Assembly: GCA_963701295.1 (NCBI GenBank)
Contig: OY969585.1
Span: 1,536,001-1,600,000 of the forward strand
DNA: 64,000 nucleotides
Direction of reading: 5' to 3'
Source: Ignavibacteriota bacterium
Lineage (GTDB): Bacteria > Bacteroidota > Ignavibacteria > UBA10030
Part shown: piece by piece, positions 53,036-63,059 of the stretch
Layout: the number at the start of each line of letters is the position of its first letter
How positions within the stretch are numbered: the stretch's first letter is position 1
The notes under the pieces: model-generated
What the model was told of the DNA's origin: nothing
What the model saw: only the letters and a program-made list of their open reading frames with translations
Databases searched by the model: none
Position numbers and translations under genes: made by a program

Positions 53036-54018
53036 CAATGAATAGAAAAATAGCATATCTATTTATCGTGACCATTACCTTTGTAATGTTGACTGCGTCA
53101 GACTGCAATCATAAGCAAAGGACTACAACAAAAATTAATAACGACGGCTCATGCGAGAGAACAGTCTTTGTCAAGAACGTCAGCGATACGTCTATGTATA
53201 GATCTTTTCCAGTTCCGACCGATAAAAGCTGGGAGAGTCGCATAGAGAGAGATTCGGTGAAAGAAGAAGTATATGTTGCCAGTAAGCGGTTTGACAATGT
53301 TAACCAAATGAATAACGAGTATAAAAGACCAAGCAAAGTTGGCATTGACCTCAAGTTTGAAAAGAAATTTCGATGGTTCTTTACGTACTTCAGCTATCAG
53401 GAAACGTATAAACCCTGCTTTCAAATTCAGAGAATTCCCATTCGCGCCTTTTTAACGAAAGAGGAATATGCTCAGTACGAGAATGGAGATACCAGTAAAG
53501 CATTAAAGGAGAGAATGGACGAGTTTTTGATGGCAAATCTCGTTGAAGAATTTTATAAACAATTGATCGATTCGGTGGAAAGTCTTCACGATCCATCCCT
53601 CCCTGTGAGTGTTTTCATCGCGAAGAAACATGAAATTGACTTTCACAACATGGAGCATAGCACAAAAGATGTCATTAAATATCTAGAGAGAACCCTTGGT
53701 CTTAAATTGAGAGGTAAATTGGAACGACAAATAGATGGTATTGAAAAGTTGATGGAAGCTAAGATTCAATTTATAATGGACGCGGGTGGCGATTATGTTA
53801 ACGAAGTGGTAATGCCTGGGATCATCTTGAACACAAACGCGAATACGGTAGAGGGAACTAAGGTTCTATGGCATTTTAATGAGGATAAATTCACATTCAT
53901 AAGTTATACAATGACTGTCGAATCCCGTATTGCCAATCCTTGGGCAACATATACAACCGGAGGAGTGTTGATTGTGATTGTTACACTCTTGATGTTGCCA
54001 CGATTGAAAAGAAAATAA
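53032..54018 (+). CDS. Hypothetical exported/lipoprotein with C-terminal TM anchor
   Basis: Hydrophobic N-terminus ending ASDC; INNDGS; C-terminal TM followed by KRK. Confidence 0.7.
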   Translation: MTMNRKIAYLFIVTITFVMLTASDCNHKQRTTTKINNDGSCERTVFVKNVSDTSMYRSFPVPTDKSWESRIERDSVKEEVYVASKRFDNVNQMNNEYKRPSKVGIDLKFEKKFRWFFTYFSYQETYKPCFQIQRIPIRAFLTKEEYAQYENGDTSKALKERMDEFLMANLVEEFYKQLIDSVESLHDPSLPVSVFIAKKHEIDFHNMEHSTKDVIKYLERTLGLKLRGKLERQIDGIEKLMEAKIQFIMDAGGDYVNEVVMPGIILNTNANTVEGTKVLWHFNEDKFTFISYTMTVESRIANPWATYTTGGVLIVIVTLLMLPRLKRK

Positions 54019-54178
54019 CTGGGAAATAATGGAAATGCCATTGTAGGGTGTTCCTATGTAAGAGAATACGCTTGAATGGCTAATCCTCACTATCGGTGCC
54101 GCCCCAATCTTTGATAACGGTTATTCTTTTGTTATTATTCTCATGATCCATTATCTTCCTTAGGTAGGAGTGCATACG

Positions 54179-55207
54179 ATGAAGACTCTGCTAATTACTG
54201 TTTTAATTTGCTTTTCCATATCATGTCTTGTTGCTCAGGAAGTCCGGCCGGTACGTGATAGTATCGGTTATTGCTGGAATGCGGAACAGATGAAGCGACT
54301 CATAACTTATTTAGAAACAGAGGAAAAGGGATCAGTTCCACAACAATCATTTATTGCCGGAATTTCTCCTCATGATGATTTCCTTTATGCTGCGAGTGTT
54401 TATTATCCGCTTTTCCGATCCATAAAACCAAAAGAAGTTGTCATCTTTGGTGTTACTCACGCAACAGTACGGAAGGAAATCGGCGATCCACAAAATATCC
54501 TTCTTCTTGATGAATACAAAGCATGGACAGGTTGCGGTCGAAATATTGCAATTTCACCGTTACGGAATTTTCTCAGAAGCGAACTTGATACTCAATACTA
54601 TCGTGTGAATAACCAAGCGCACAAGCTTGAACATTCCATAGAAGCGATGATCCCGTGGCTTCAGTATTTCAATCCCGATATTCGTATCACACCGATAATG
54701 GTGACTGCGATGCCGTTCGAACGAATGGATGAAGTCTCGAAAAACTTATCTGAAATTTTAGCCACCTATATAAAGAGAAATAAACTTATTCTCGGAAAAG
54801 ATATCTTCTTTCTTTACTCATCAGATGCCAATCATTACGGAAAAGACTTTAATAATGTCCCATTTGGAGATGACAGTATAGCTCATGCAAAGGGAACAAA
54901 ACGAGATCAACAAATTGCCGACAAATATCTTGCCGGCACAGTCCAATCGGAGAAAATTCGCAACTTTACTTCAGAGATGAAAAATCTTGTGTGGTGCGGC
55001 AAGTTCTCGGTTCCGTTTGGTTTGTTGACTACTAAAAAAACTGTCCAGCTGCTATCCGGGAAGACGCTAACAGGAATAATTCTCCGCTACTCCGATTCAT
55101 ACACGGAGGGCGTTCTTCCGTTGAGACAAACGGGAATGGACACGACCGCACCGTTCTCTTTGAAACACTGGGTCGGTTATCTTTCGGCTGGATATAGAAT
55201 GGAATAG
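54179..55207 (+). CDS. MEMO1/AmmeMemoRadiSam protein B homolog with signal peptide
   Basis: ISPHDDFLYA, GVTH, EHSIE, SSDANHYG, WCG, WVGY. Confidence 0.85.
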   Translation: MKTLLITVLICFSISCLVAQEVRPVRDSIGYCWNAEQMKRLITYLETEEKGSVPQQSFIAGISPHDDFLYAASVYYPLFRSIKPKEVVIFGVTHATVRKEIGDPQNILLLDEYKAWTGCGRNIAISPLRNFLRSELDTQYYRVNNQAHKLEHSIEAMIPWLQYFNPDIRITPIMVTAMPFERMDEVSKNLSEILATYIKRNKLILGKDIFFLYSSDANHYGKDFNNVPFGDDSIAHAKGTKRDQQIADKYLAGTVQSEKIRNFTSEMKNLVWCGKFSVPFGLLTTKKTVQLLSGKTLTGIILRYSDSYTEGVLPLRQTGMDTTAPFSLKHWVGYLSAGYRME

Positions 55208-55246
55208 AGCTTCCATCAGGAAGCAAGAATAAGGATCGGGAAGAAA

Positions 55247-56380
55247 ATGTACTTAAATGAAATATCCTCTCATCGAGTTGCGCTTGTCCAAGATTGGCTC
55301 ACCGGTATGCGTGGTGGCGAGAAGATTCTCGAAGTCTTTTGCGAATTATTTCCTGATGCAACGATTTTTGCCACCATCCATAATGAAGGGATGATGTCGC
55401 CTGCTATTGAGCGTATGAAAATCAAAACTTCATTCATTCAGCATTTTCCTCTAAAGGCAACGAAGTACCGCAACTATTTACCGCTGATGCCCGCCGCCAT
55501 AGATGCGCTCGATTTTTCAGAATATGATTTCATCCTTTCTACCAGTGTTGCTGTAGCCAAAGCAGCAAAGCCGCACAGAGGTGCAGTGCACATCTGTTAT
55601 TGCAATACACCCATGCGGTACATTTGGGATCAGTACGATGAATATTTTGGAAAGGATCGCGCAGGAATCGTTACACGCACGACCATGTCGTTGATTGCGC
55701 CGTACCTTCGGCGCTGGGATATCCGCACGAGCGACCGTGTTCATCATTTTATTGCCAATTCTCATAATGTCGCAGAGCGTATCTCGCGGATCTATCACCG
55801 CACATCGGATGTCATTTATCCGCCGGTGAGTACAAATTTGTTCACTGTTTCGAATAAGGATGAAGGGTACTATCTCATTGTCAGTGCACTAGTCCCGTAT
55901 AAAAGAGTGGATCTCGCCATTGAGACGTTCAATCGGTTTGGTGAGAAACTTCTTGTTGTCGGTTCCGGACCTGAGATGGAAAAATTAAAGAAGGCGGCGA
56001 AAAAGAATATAGAATTTCTTGGATGGCAGAGCGATGAAAGTCTCGTGAGGCTGTATACAGGATGCCGTGCTTTGATTTTTCCGGGTGTCGAAGACTTCGG
56101 CATCGTTCCGCTCGAAGCGATGGCAAGTGGGAAGCCAGTGGTCGCGTTTGCAAAAGGGGGAGCGCTGGAAACTGTTGTCGGAGACGGCGACGCACCAACC
56201 GGTGTTTTCTTTCTCCACCAGACTGTTGAAGCGCTTGCCGAAGCTATGAAGGCTCTATCAAGAATGAAATATGATCCGTATGCCATTCGCCGGCATGCAG
56301 AGAAGTTTGATCGGAAAGAATTCAAACAGAAGATCTCGGAATACCTAACAAGACAAATCCCTGATGCAATTTGTAAATAA
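55247..56380 (+). CDS. Glycosyltransferase family 4
   Basis: DWLTGMRGGE, TPMRYIWD, YKRVDL, EDFGIVPLEAMASG. Confidence 0.9.
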   Translation: MYLNEISSHRVALVQDWLTGMRGGEKILEVFCELFPDATIFATIHNEGMMSPAIERMKIKTSFIQHFPLKATKYRNYLPLMPAAIDALDFSEYDFILSTSVAVAKAAKPHRGAVHICYCNTPMRYIWDQYDEYFGKDRAGIVTRTTMSLIAPYLRRWDIRTSDRVHHFIANSHNVAERISRIYHRTSDVIYPPVSTNLFTVSNKDEGYYLIVSALVPYKRVDLAIETFNRFGEKLLVVGSGPEMEKLKKAAKKNIEFLGWQSDESLVRLYTGCRALIFPGVEDFGIVPLEAMASGKPVVAFAKGGALETVVGDGDAPTGVFFLHQTVEALAEAMKALSRMKYDPYAIRRHAEKFDRKEFKQKISEYLTRQIPDAICK

Positions 56381-56435
56381 ATAACAGATCTGGAACTGGA
56401 AATTGAAGATCTGAGACTTCCGTCCTACCTATTCA

Positions 56436-57323
56436 CTACGCTAACTTTATTTCCATGCCTTCAGCGGCGCCGAAACATTGGATGGTCGACTTTTGAGCGA
56501 GAATCAATTTCTGTGCATGTTTCACCATAGCATCGATTGTGGCATCGTCATGTGCGGGATCGTGATGGAACAAAGCAAGTTGCTTCACGTTTGCTTTGAT
56601 CGCAAATTCCACAACTGATTCGATTGGAGAATGTCCCCAGCCGATCTTTGATCGATATTCATCCAATGTATATTGCGCCTCGCTGACAAGGAAGTCTGCT
56701 CCTGTGAGAAAGTCAATGAACTTCTGATCTAATTCTGCACCGTATTGAGACGCAAGTTGATCTTTTCGTGCGGCATGAAGTGTGTACCGGTATGGCTCAT
56801 TATCCGACGCAAAAATAAATGTTTTTCCGCCTTCGGAGATTTTATAGGCAAATGTCATTGCGGGATGATTAACATAGAAGGGGGTAATCTGTACATCTCC
56901 AATCCAGAAGGGCTCGCGTACTTCCTGCATTACTATTTGCGCGTTCAGGTCGCCTAATGGTACAGGAAAATATTCCGAATCCATTTGAAACTTCAAAAGA
57001 TCCTTCAAACTTTTATCGCGCGCTGGAGGCCCATAGACATTCACTTGGAAATTCTTTGCATAGGCGGGCATGAAGAATGGAAAACCCTGAATATGATCCC
57101 AATGCGTATGGCTGATGAAAAGATGTATGGTCACGGAGGGCTGGGTGGCAAATTCTTTTATCAGATGATTGCCGAGATCCCGTATTCCAGTTCCCGCATC
57201 GAAAATCAGTATTTGTTTGCTGACACGCACTTCGATGCATGATGTGTTCCCGCCGTACTTCACCGTCGATTTTCCCGGTGATGGAATGGATCCGCGTGTT
57301 CCCCAGAATCGAATGTCCATCAT
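56436..57323 (-). CDS. MBL-fold metallo-hydrolase
   Basis: FWGTRGSIP, YGGNTSC, HTHWDHIQG, WGHS, FHHDP. Confidence 0.9.
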   Translation of the reverse strand: MMDIRFWGTRGSIPSPGKSTVKYGGNTSCIEVRVSKQILIFDAGTGIRDLGNHLIKEFATQPSVTIHLFISHTHWDHIQGFPFFMPAYAKNFQVNVYGPPARDKSLKDLLKFQMDSEYFPVPLGDLNAQIVMQEVREPFWIGDVQITPFYVNHPAMTFAYKISEGGKTFIFASDNEPYRYTLHAARKDQLASQYGAELDQKFIDFLTGADFLVSEAQYTLDEYRSKIGWGHSPIESVVEFAIKANVKQLALFHHDPAHDDATIDAMVKHAQKLILAQKSTIQCFGAAEGMEIKLA

Positions 57324-57718
57324 GGCTGACTCGCTCGTAAGTTCATGTAGAGAGTGGCAATTTCAAGAAGTTCCTTGGGTAAAAATGGTTTCACTACATA
57401 GGCATCAGCGCCCAATTGTATCGCCTTGTCCACATCGGTTTTATATGATTTTCCTGATGTGACAATAATTGCTGTGTGCCGCATGTTTGAATTAGCCCGA
57501 AGCATTTTGCAGACTTCAAAACCGTGCAATCCTTCCATCATAAGATCAAGGATGACTACGGCAGGAGGATTGATGAGCGCCTGTCGAACTCCTTCACCGC
57601 CGTCATGGGCAATCGATACATCAAACCCATTCCGTTCGAATATGACTTGAGAAAGCCGGCGGTGCGAAGCGTCATCGTCAATGATAAGTACTTTGGGTTT
57701 TGGTGCTGCTGTATCCAT
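57320..57718 (-). CDS. Single-domain response regulator
   Basis: IIDDD, LDLMM, KPF; stop overlaps the MBL start. Confidence 0.9.
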   Translation of the reverse strand: MDTAAPKPKVLIIDDDASHRRLSQVIFERNGFDVSIAHDGGEGVRQALINPPAVVILDLMMEGLHGFEVCKMLRANSNMRHTAIIVTSGKSYKTDVDKAIQLGADAYVVKPFLPKELLEIATLYMNLRASQP

Positions 57719-57814
57719 GAATTCAGATTTCCAATTAAATTCCAGTGTGACCCGCTCTTAAGAATAGTACGTCGAATTTATCAAAGAAGGAATACAAAAC
57801 TTGTGATGTAACAC

Positions 57815-57923
57815 ATTGTTTAGAAGGAAGAGAAGCATGCCGGATCACCCGCTGCTGTGTCGGAATACTATGAGCCCAGGTAGGTTTTATGCGCATGATG
57901 CCAAAGAAACCGTTGTAAACAAT
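57815..57923 (+). repeat. Degenerate attC-like inverted-repeat element
   Basis: ATTGTTTAGAAG vs GTTGTAAACAAT (10/12 complementary) with partly complementary inner arms. Confidence 0.35.
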
Positions 57924-58012
57924 CATAGCGTTTGATAGATTAGCGAAGCAAGTCTTTGTTCAGTTCTAATTATGTACAATAAAAAAATGTTGATAATAAT
58001 TGAGGAACTACA

Positions 58013-58581
58013 ATGACGTTAAATTGGGCGGTTGCTTTGATTCTCTTAGGGTTTGGCGGCCTAGGACTCTTCATTCGCACATTTATCAAATCGACTGTCT
58101 CTGAATCTATAAAGCATCAGTTTGAGATGGAACGCTACAAAATGCGCTGAGAGTTTGACCGAGGGATTCATACAATTGACCGGAAAGATAAATTCGAGCT
58201 TGCAACTTTGGATAAAAGACTTGAAGGGCATCAACGTGCATATACACTTGCCATTAAAATGAACCAGACATTAGGGCAGCCAAACGAGGGAAAAGAAATC
58301 ATAAAAAAATGCCAGACATTCTGGGAGAAACAAAACCTTTTCCTGAACAATAATATAAGAAAAATATTTCAGGAATCCTTCTTCTTTTATCAAGAGTATC
58401 ATTTTATATTACGAAATGCAGGGGAACATGAACGAAAGGTTTCAGGTGCGAGCATAAATTATACAACGAGATAGAAAATAAGGAGGAAGAATTGAGAAAC
58501 CTTCCCTCAAACATTGAAGAAGCCGTAAATCTTGAATCGATCAAAAAGAAAGAATCGCCGAAGTTAGAGCAAAATTCATGA
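58013..58581 (+). pseudogene. Hypothetical TM/coiled-coil protein pseudogene
   Basis: ATG 58013 after GAGG; in-frame TGA 58148-58150; continues into ORF 58208-58474; probable frameshift to ...LRNLPSNIEEAVNL...QNS*. Confidence 0.55.
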
Positions 58582-58682
58582 CCGAACTGATTTGTGAAGG
58601 TAAATACAAGGACAGTAAGGAAGTTGCATGGGAAAGAGGAAGAGCAGACATCACCGACGTCGGCTACAGATGATCGCGGGAT

Positions 58683-60629
58683 TTATTCTGCGGACTGAAT
58701 CTTTTCCATTTGCTCAGACACTTTTCCCCAGCGCCAATAAGCATCTTCTAATTCCTTCTGGCTCGATTTGTATTCTGCGGAAATAGTTTTTACTTCATCA
58801 CCCTTTTTATATAATTCTGGATCAGCGAGAAGACGTTCGATCTCACTTTTTCTCTGTTCGTGATGAGCGATCTCTGCTTCAATCGCTTCTAATTGCCGCT
58901 TCATGATACGTAGTTCTTTGTCTTTTACCTTTTTGCGGTCTTGCTCTTCTTGCCGGGCAGCATGCGCTGTTGCTTTCGAATTATCCGGTGGTTTCATCTG
59001 TATGGCGGTTTGCCGGGAAAGAATTTCCTGTTTTTTCTTTGCGAAATATTCAGACATGGAACCGAGATAGAGGTACATTAAGCCGGAATGTAATTCCAGG
59101 ACTTTGTTTATGATTGGATCGAGAAAGGCACGGTCGTGCGAAACGATGAGGAACGTTCCTTCGTATTCGGCGAGTGCGGTTTGTAGCACTTTCTTCGAAC
59201 GCATATCAAGGTGATTAGTTGGTTCGTCCATGATGAGAAAGTTGGCTGGTCGAAGAAGCATGCGTGCGAGGGCTAATCTGCTTTTTTCGCCTCCGGAAAG
59301 TACCGATACTCGTTTAAATACATCGTCGCCGTGGAAGAGGAAAGAACCGAGAAGAGTGCGTAATTGTGTCTTTGTCTCGGATGAAGAAACCTCTTCTACC
59401 GTTTGAAGAACATCTTTGGAAAGGTCGAGTTCATCCGCCTGATCTTGCCCGAAGTAAGAGAGCAGAACGTTATGTCCAACGATCCGTTCGCCTTTCTCGA
59501 ATGATTCTTCTCCGGATATAATCCGGACGAGCGTCGATTTCCCCGAGCCGTTTACACCCACTACTGCAATACGGTCACCGCGTTCCACCTTGAAATCAAG
59601 ATGACTAAATACTTGAAGCGAATCATAGTTCTTTTGTATTCCCTGTAAATCTAAAACCACACGCCCACTCGAAACTGGCTGTGGAAACCTGAACCGAAGC
59701 GCTTCTTCTTCACGTTCTACTTCGACAATTTCGATTTTCTCCAGCATCTTCACGCGGCTCTGTACTTGCCGTGCTTTCGTGGCTTTGTACCGAAAGCGGT
59801 CGATGAATTCTTGCGTCTGCTTGATCTGGTCTTGCTGATTCCGTTGTTGACTCAAAAGAAGTTCGCGCCGAACGAGGCGCTCTTTTTCAAAGAAAGAATA
59901 ATTGCCGGCGTATTCCTCAAACCTCCCGGCAGAAAGAGCAAATGTACGTGAAGTGAGGTTATCGAGAAATGCACGGTCGTGCGAGACGAGGATAATAGCG
60001 CCGTTATATTGACGAAGATATTCTTCTAACCATTGGAGCGATTCGAGATCGAGGTGATTCGTCGGTTCGTCAAGAAGTAAAAGACTCGGTTCCTGCAACA
60101 GCAATTTTGCCATCGCGATACGCATTTGCCAGCCGCCGCTGAATTCTTCTGTCAGCCGATTGAGATCTTTTTGAGAAAAACCCAATCCATTCAAGATACG
60201 TTCGATCTTTGAGCGCATCCGGTACGCGTCAAGATCTTCAAGCTTATGCTGTAATTCCCCATAGACTTCAAGTGTGTCGGCGTACTCTTCACTTGTTGAA
60301 TCGAGCTCAGCCAGAGTATCCTGTGCTTCGCTTAGTTTTTGCTGTGTATCTAATATATCTTCAAACGCTGTCTCCGCTTCTTCATAAAGTGTTTTGCCAT
60401 GGAGAGCGATCGTTTCCTGCTGAAGATACCCGACCGTTATATAATGGGCTTTCTTGACGGTTCCTTCTTCTCCCTGCGGCATACTGGAGATGATACGGAG
60501 CAGCGTGGTTTTTCCGCTACCGTTGGAACCAACTAATCCGATACGGTCGCGCGGGCCGACTGTTGTTGAGATGTCGTGGAAGAGTGTTCGTTCTCCAAAC
60601 TCAAGAGTAACATGTTCGAGTGAAAGCAT
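58683..60629 (-). CDS. ABC-F family ATP-binding protein
   Basis: Two ABC domains (GSNGSGKT, FSGGWQMR, DEPTNHLD; GVNGSGKS, LSGGE), C-terminal coiled coil, no TM. Confidence 0.95.
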   Translation of the reverse strand: MLSLEHVTLEFGERTLFHDISTTVGPRDRIGLVGSNGSGKTTLLRIISSMPQGEEGTVKKAHYITVGYLQQETIALHGKTLYEEAETAFEDILDTQQKLSEAQDTLAELDSTSEEYADTLEVYGELQHKLEDLDAYRMRSKIERILNGLGFSQKDLNRLTEEFSGGWQMRIAMAKLLLQEPSLLLLDEPTNHLDLESLQWLEEYLRQYNGAIILVSHDRAFLDNLTSRTFALSAGRFEEYAGNYSFFEKERLVRRELLLSQQRNQQDQIKQTQEFIDRFRYKATKARQVQSRVKMLEKIEIVEVEREEEALRFRFPQPVSSGRVVLDLQGIQKNYDSLQVFSHLDFKVERGDRIAVVGVNGSGKSTLVRIISGEESFEKGERIVGHNVLLSYFGQDQADELDLSKDVLQTVEEVSSSETKTQLRTLLGSFLFHGDDVFKRVSVLSGGEKSRLALARMLLRPANFLIMDEPTNHLDMRSKKVLQTALAEYEGTFLIVSHDRAFLDPIINKVLELHSGLMYLYLGSMSEYFAKKKQEILSRQTAIQMKPPDNSKATAHAARQEEQDRKKVKDKELRIMKRQLEAIEAEIAHHEQRKSEIERLLADPELYKKGDEVKTISAEYKSSQKELEDAYWRWGKVSEQMEKIQSAE

Positions 60630-60752
60630 AATGATTTCTGAAAACTATAAATAATAATTCAATATAAGGAAAAGTGTTTGAGCAGAAAATCTTTTCGCCG
60701 TCGTGGGCAAAATTATTTGTTATTGAGCAATGTGTTGTCTTTTGCTCTATTG

Positions 60753-62576
60753 CTATTCGAAGTTTTCTGGTTCCAGCTTATTGCGAATAGCAGCAATCCA
60801 CTTTGGCACGGCGTTGATCATGACGACTATGACGCTTCCCATTATAACTACGGTGAGAAGAAGGTTGATGCTTCCCTGAAGCTGGGTCTTCGGCACAGAT
60901 AGCATTGGGTAGAAGAGATTCATGATATTCAAGCAACCGGCAGATAATGTTGTGAATGCTACGAAGATGAGGGGCAAAAGAGTGACCCAGGCGTACTTTG
61001 CTTTTCCACGATTAATGATGAACGATGTGCCGACTGTGAGTGCAATAGCCGCAAGCAGCTGATTTGCTGTCCCAAACATCGGCCAGATAGAAGAAACACT
61101 GCCAGTGTAAATAAAATATGCCCACATGGAAACAATGAGAAGACTGGCTATGAGGTTGCCAGGAAGCCAATCAGCTTGTCCAAACGGTTTGTAAATCTTG
61201 CCAATCATTTCCTGCAAGATAAAGCGGCCTATGCGTGTTCCGGCATCAATAGTTGTGAGAATGAAGAGTGCCTCGAACATAATTGCAAAGTGATACCAGT
61301 ATGACATGAGTTTGCTTAAACCGGGAATACTGGAAAATATCTGTGCCATACCGACAGCTAACGATACCGCACCGCCTGTTCTGCCGATAATGTTCTCTCC
61401 CACTTCAGCGGAAAGCTGCGTAATGTTTGATTCGGTGAATCCCATTGCATGCAGTTGAGGAAGAATAGCTTGGAATTTTTCCACCGGTACGTTGATCATG
61501 AAATAATCGAGCGGAAGCATACTCGCCGCGGCAATTAGAGCTAGTACGCTGACTATTCCTTCTGACAACATTGCACCGACAGCAATGAACTTGATCTGCG
61601 ATTCTTGCATTAGCATTTTGGGTGTTGTCCCGGAACTGACCAGCGAATGAAATCCTGAAATGGCTCCGCATGCAATGGTAATAAACAAATACGGAAACAA
61701 TGTACCGGGAATGATCGGTCCACCACCATGAATGTATGAAGTAAACGCAGGCATTTTTAAATCGGGTGCGACAATAATAATACCCACAGCAAGCATAGCA
61801 ACCACACCGAGTTTCATAATGGAGCTCAGATAATCGCGTGGTGAAAGCAGAAGCCAAACCGGTAGGACCGAAGCAAAGAAACCGTAGAAAGCCAAAAGGA
61901 TCGTCAATGTGTTGCGATTATATGTGAACCATGAAGCAATCGATGATTCCGGAATGTAGCGGCCATAGATCACAGCAGCAGTAAGTAAAACAACGCCGCC
62001 TATAGTCGCTTCGACGACCTTTCCTTTCCGAAATTGAAACATCCAGATACCCATGAGAAGTGCAATTGGGATGGTACACGCAATAGTGAATGTTCCCCAA
62101 GAACTTTCGGCAAGCGAGTTCACAACGACCAGTCCTAATCCAGCCATCGCCACAACGAGAATGATGAGAATAGCCAGAGAGGAAATCGAACCGCTCAGTT
62201 TACTGATTTCCATCTTCGCAATTTCTGCCAAGGACTTCCCGTCATACCGTATTGAAGCGACGAGAATAACAAAATCGTGTACTGCACCTGCCATAACTGC
62301 TCCGATCACCATCCACAGAAAGCCGGGGAAGTACCCAAACTGCACCGCGAGTACGGGTCCAACCAGTGGACCTGCGCCAGCAATTGCTGCAAAGTGATGA
62401 CCAAAGAGAACCCATTTGTTCATTGGGTAATAGTTCTGGCCATCGTAGAGGCGATTGGCTGGTGTGACATTCGTGTCGTTAATAACAGCTACTTTTGCAG
62501 CTATAAAACTAAAGTAGAAACGATAGGCAAGCGCGAAGAATGCAAGTGCAGCGATAAGTAATGGCATAGCATTCAT
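60753..62576 (-). CDS. cstA: Carbon starvation protein A (peptide/pyruvate transporter family)
   Basis: [46 protein letters not shown]. Confidence 0.93.
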   Translation of the reverse strand: MNAMPLLIAALAFFALAYRFYFSFIAAKVAVINDTNVTPANRLYDGQNYYPMNKWVLFGHHFAAIAGAGPLVGPVLAVQFGYFPGFLWMVIGAVMAGAVHDFVILVASIRYDGKSLAEIAKMEISKLSGSISSLAILIILVVAMAGLGLVVVNSLAESSWGTFTIACTIPIALLMGIWMFQFRKGKVVEATIGGVVLLTAAVIYGRYIPESSIASWFTYNRNTLTILLAFYGFFASVLPVWLLLSPRDYLSSIMKLGVVAMLAVGIIIVAPDLKMPAFTSYIHGGGPIIPGTLFPYLFITIACGAISGFHSLVSSGTTPKMLMQESQIKFIAVGAMLSEGIVSVLALIAAASMLPLDYFMINVPVEKFQAILPQLHAMGFTESNITQLSAEVGENIIGRTGGAVSLAVGMAQIFSSIPGLSKLMSYWYHFAIMFEALFILTTIDAGTRIGRFILQEMIGKIYKPFGQADWLPGNLIASLLIVSMWAYFIYTGSVSSIWPMFGTANQLLAAIALTVGTSFIINRGKAKYAWVTLLPLIFVAFTTLSAGCLNIMNLFYPMLSVPKTQLQGSINLLLTVVIMGSVIVVMINAVPKWIAAIRNKLEPENFE

Positions 62577-63059
62577 AGAAGTTTTGTTCCGCTACGTACA
62601 ATTGACATGTATAGAAACACTCTCTATTCTCTCATATCCCTGTTCATTCTGTTCCTTATGACATCAATCAGGAATATATCAATGTGATCGTCATTGATAT
62701 GTCCTACAATTGAGATCAACGGCACCTTCCATTTGTAAGAATGTTGATCAATCTAAAATGATTTCTCTGAATATTAAACACGCATTGCCTTTATCGTTTA
62801 TTTAATTAAGTACGATTTGACTAGTCGGATGGTTTCTGTGAAAAAAGAGACAATTCAGAAAATGAATATTTTTGATACACTATATAAAAGACATTTGCTG
62901 AAATGCACAGTCGATATAAAATTCAACTCGTGAGAAGCAATTATTGTGGAAAAATATTCTTCAACAAATTGATCACAAAAACGACTTTGGTACACTCTCT
63001 GATGGTGAGGAGGTGTTGTGAGTGATATTTCTATCAATACAAAAGTGATACATGTACCG

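Noticed and set aside
57830-57905. SRP RNA or riboswitch (AACC...AGCAGC on the minus strand)
   Set aside because: It lacks the conserved SRP GNRA-loop core and any riboswitch consensus I recognise; kept only as an attC-like repeat.
45506-58150. Stop-codon reassignment or Sec/Pyl read-through to explain three in-frame TGA and one TAG
   Set aside because: Core genes here end in TGA or TAG (e.g. hemW TGA, speB TAG). The expected residues differ between sites (Gly at 45506, Trp at 51894), and the affected genes show other decay, so point mutation or sequence error is simpler.
62676-62700. Inverted repeat ATATCAATG/CATTGATAT upstream of cstA as an operator
   Set aside because: A single AT-rich 9-bp repeat with no second copy or regulator in the window; not enough support.
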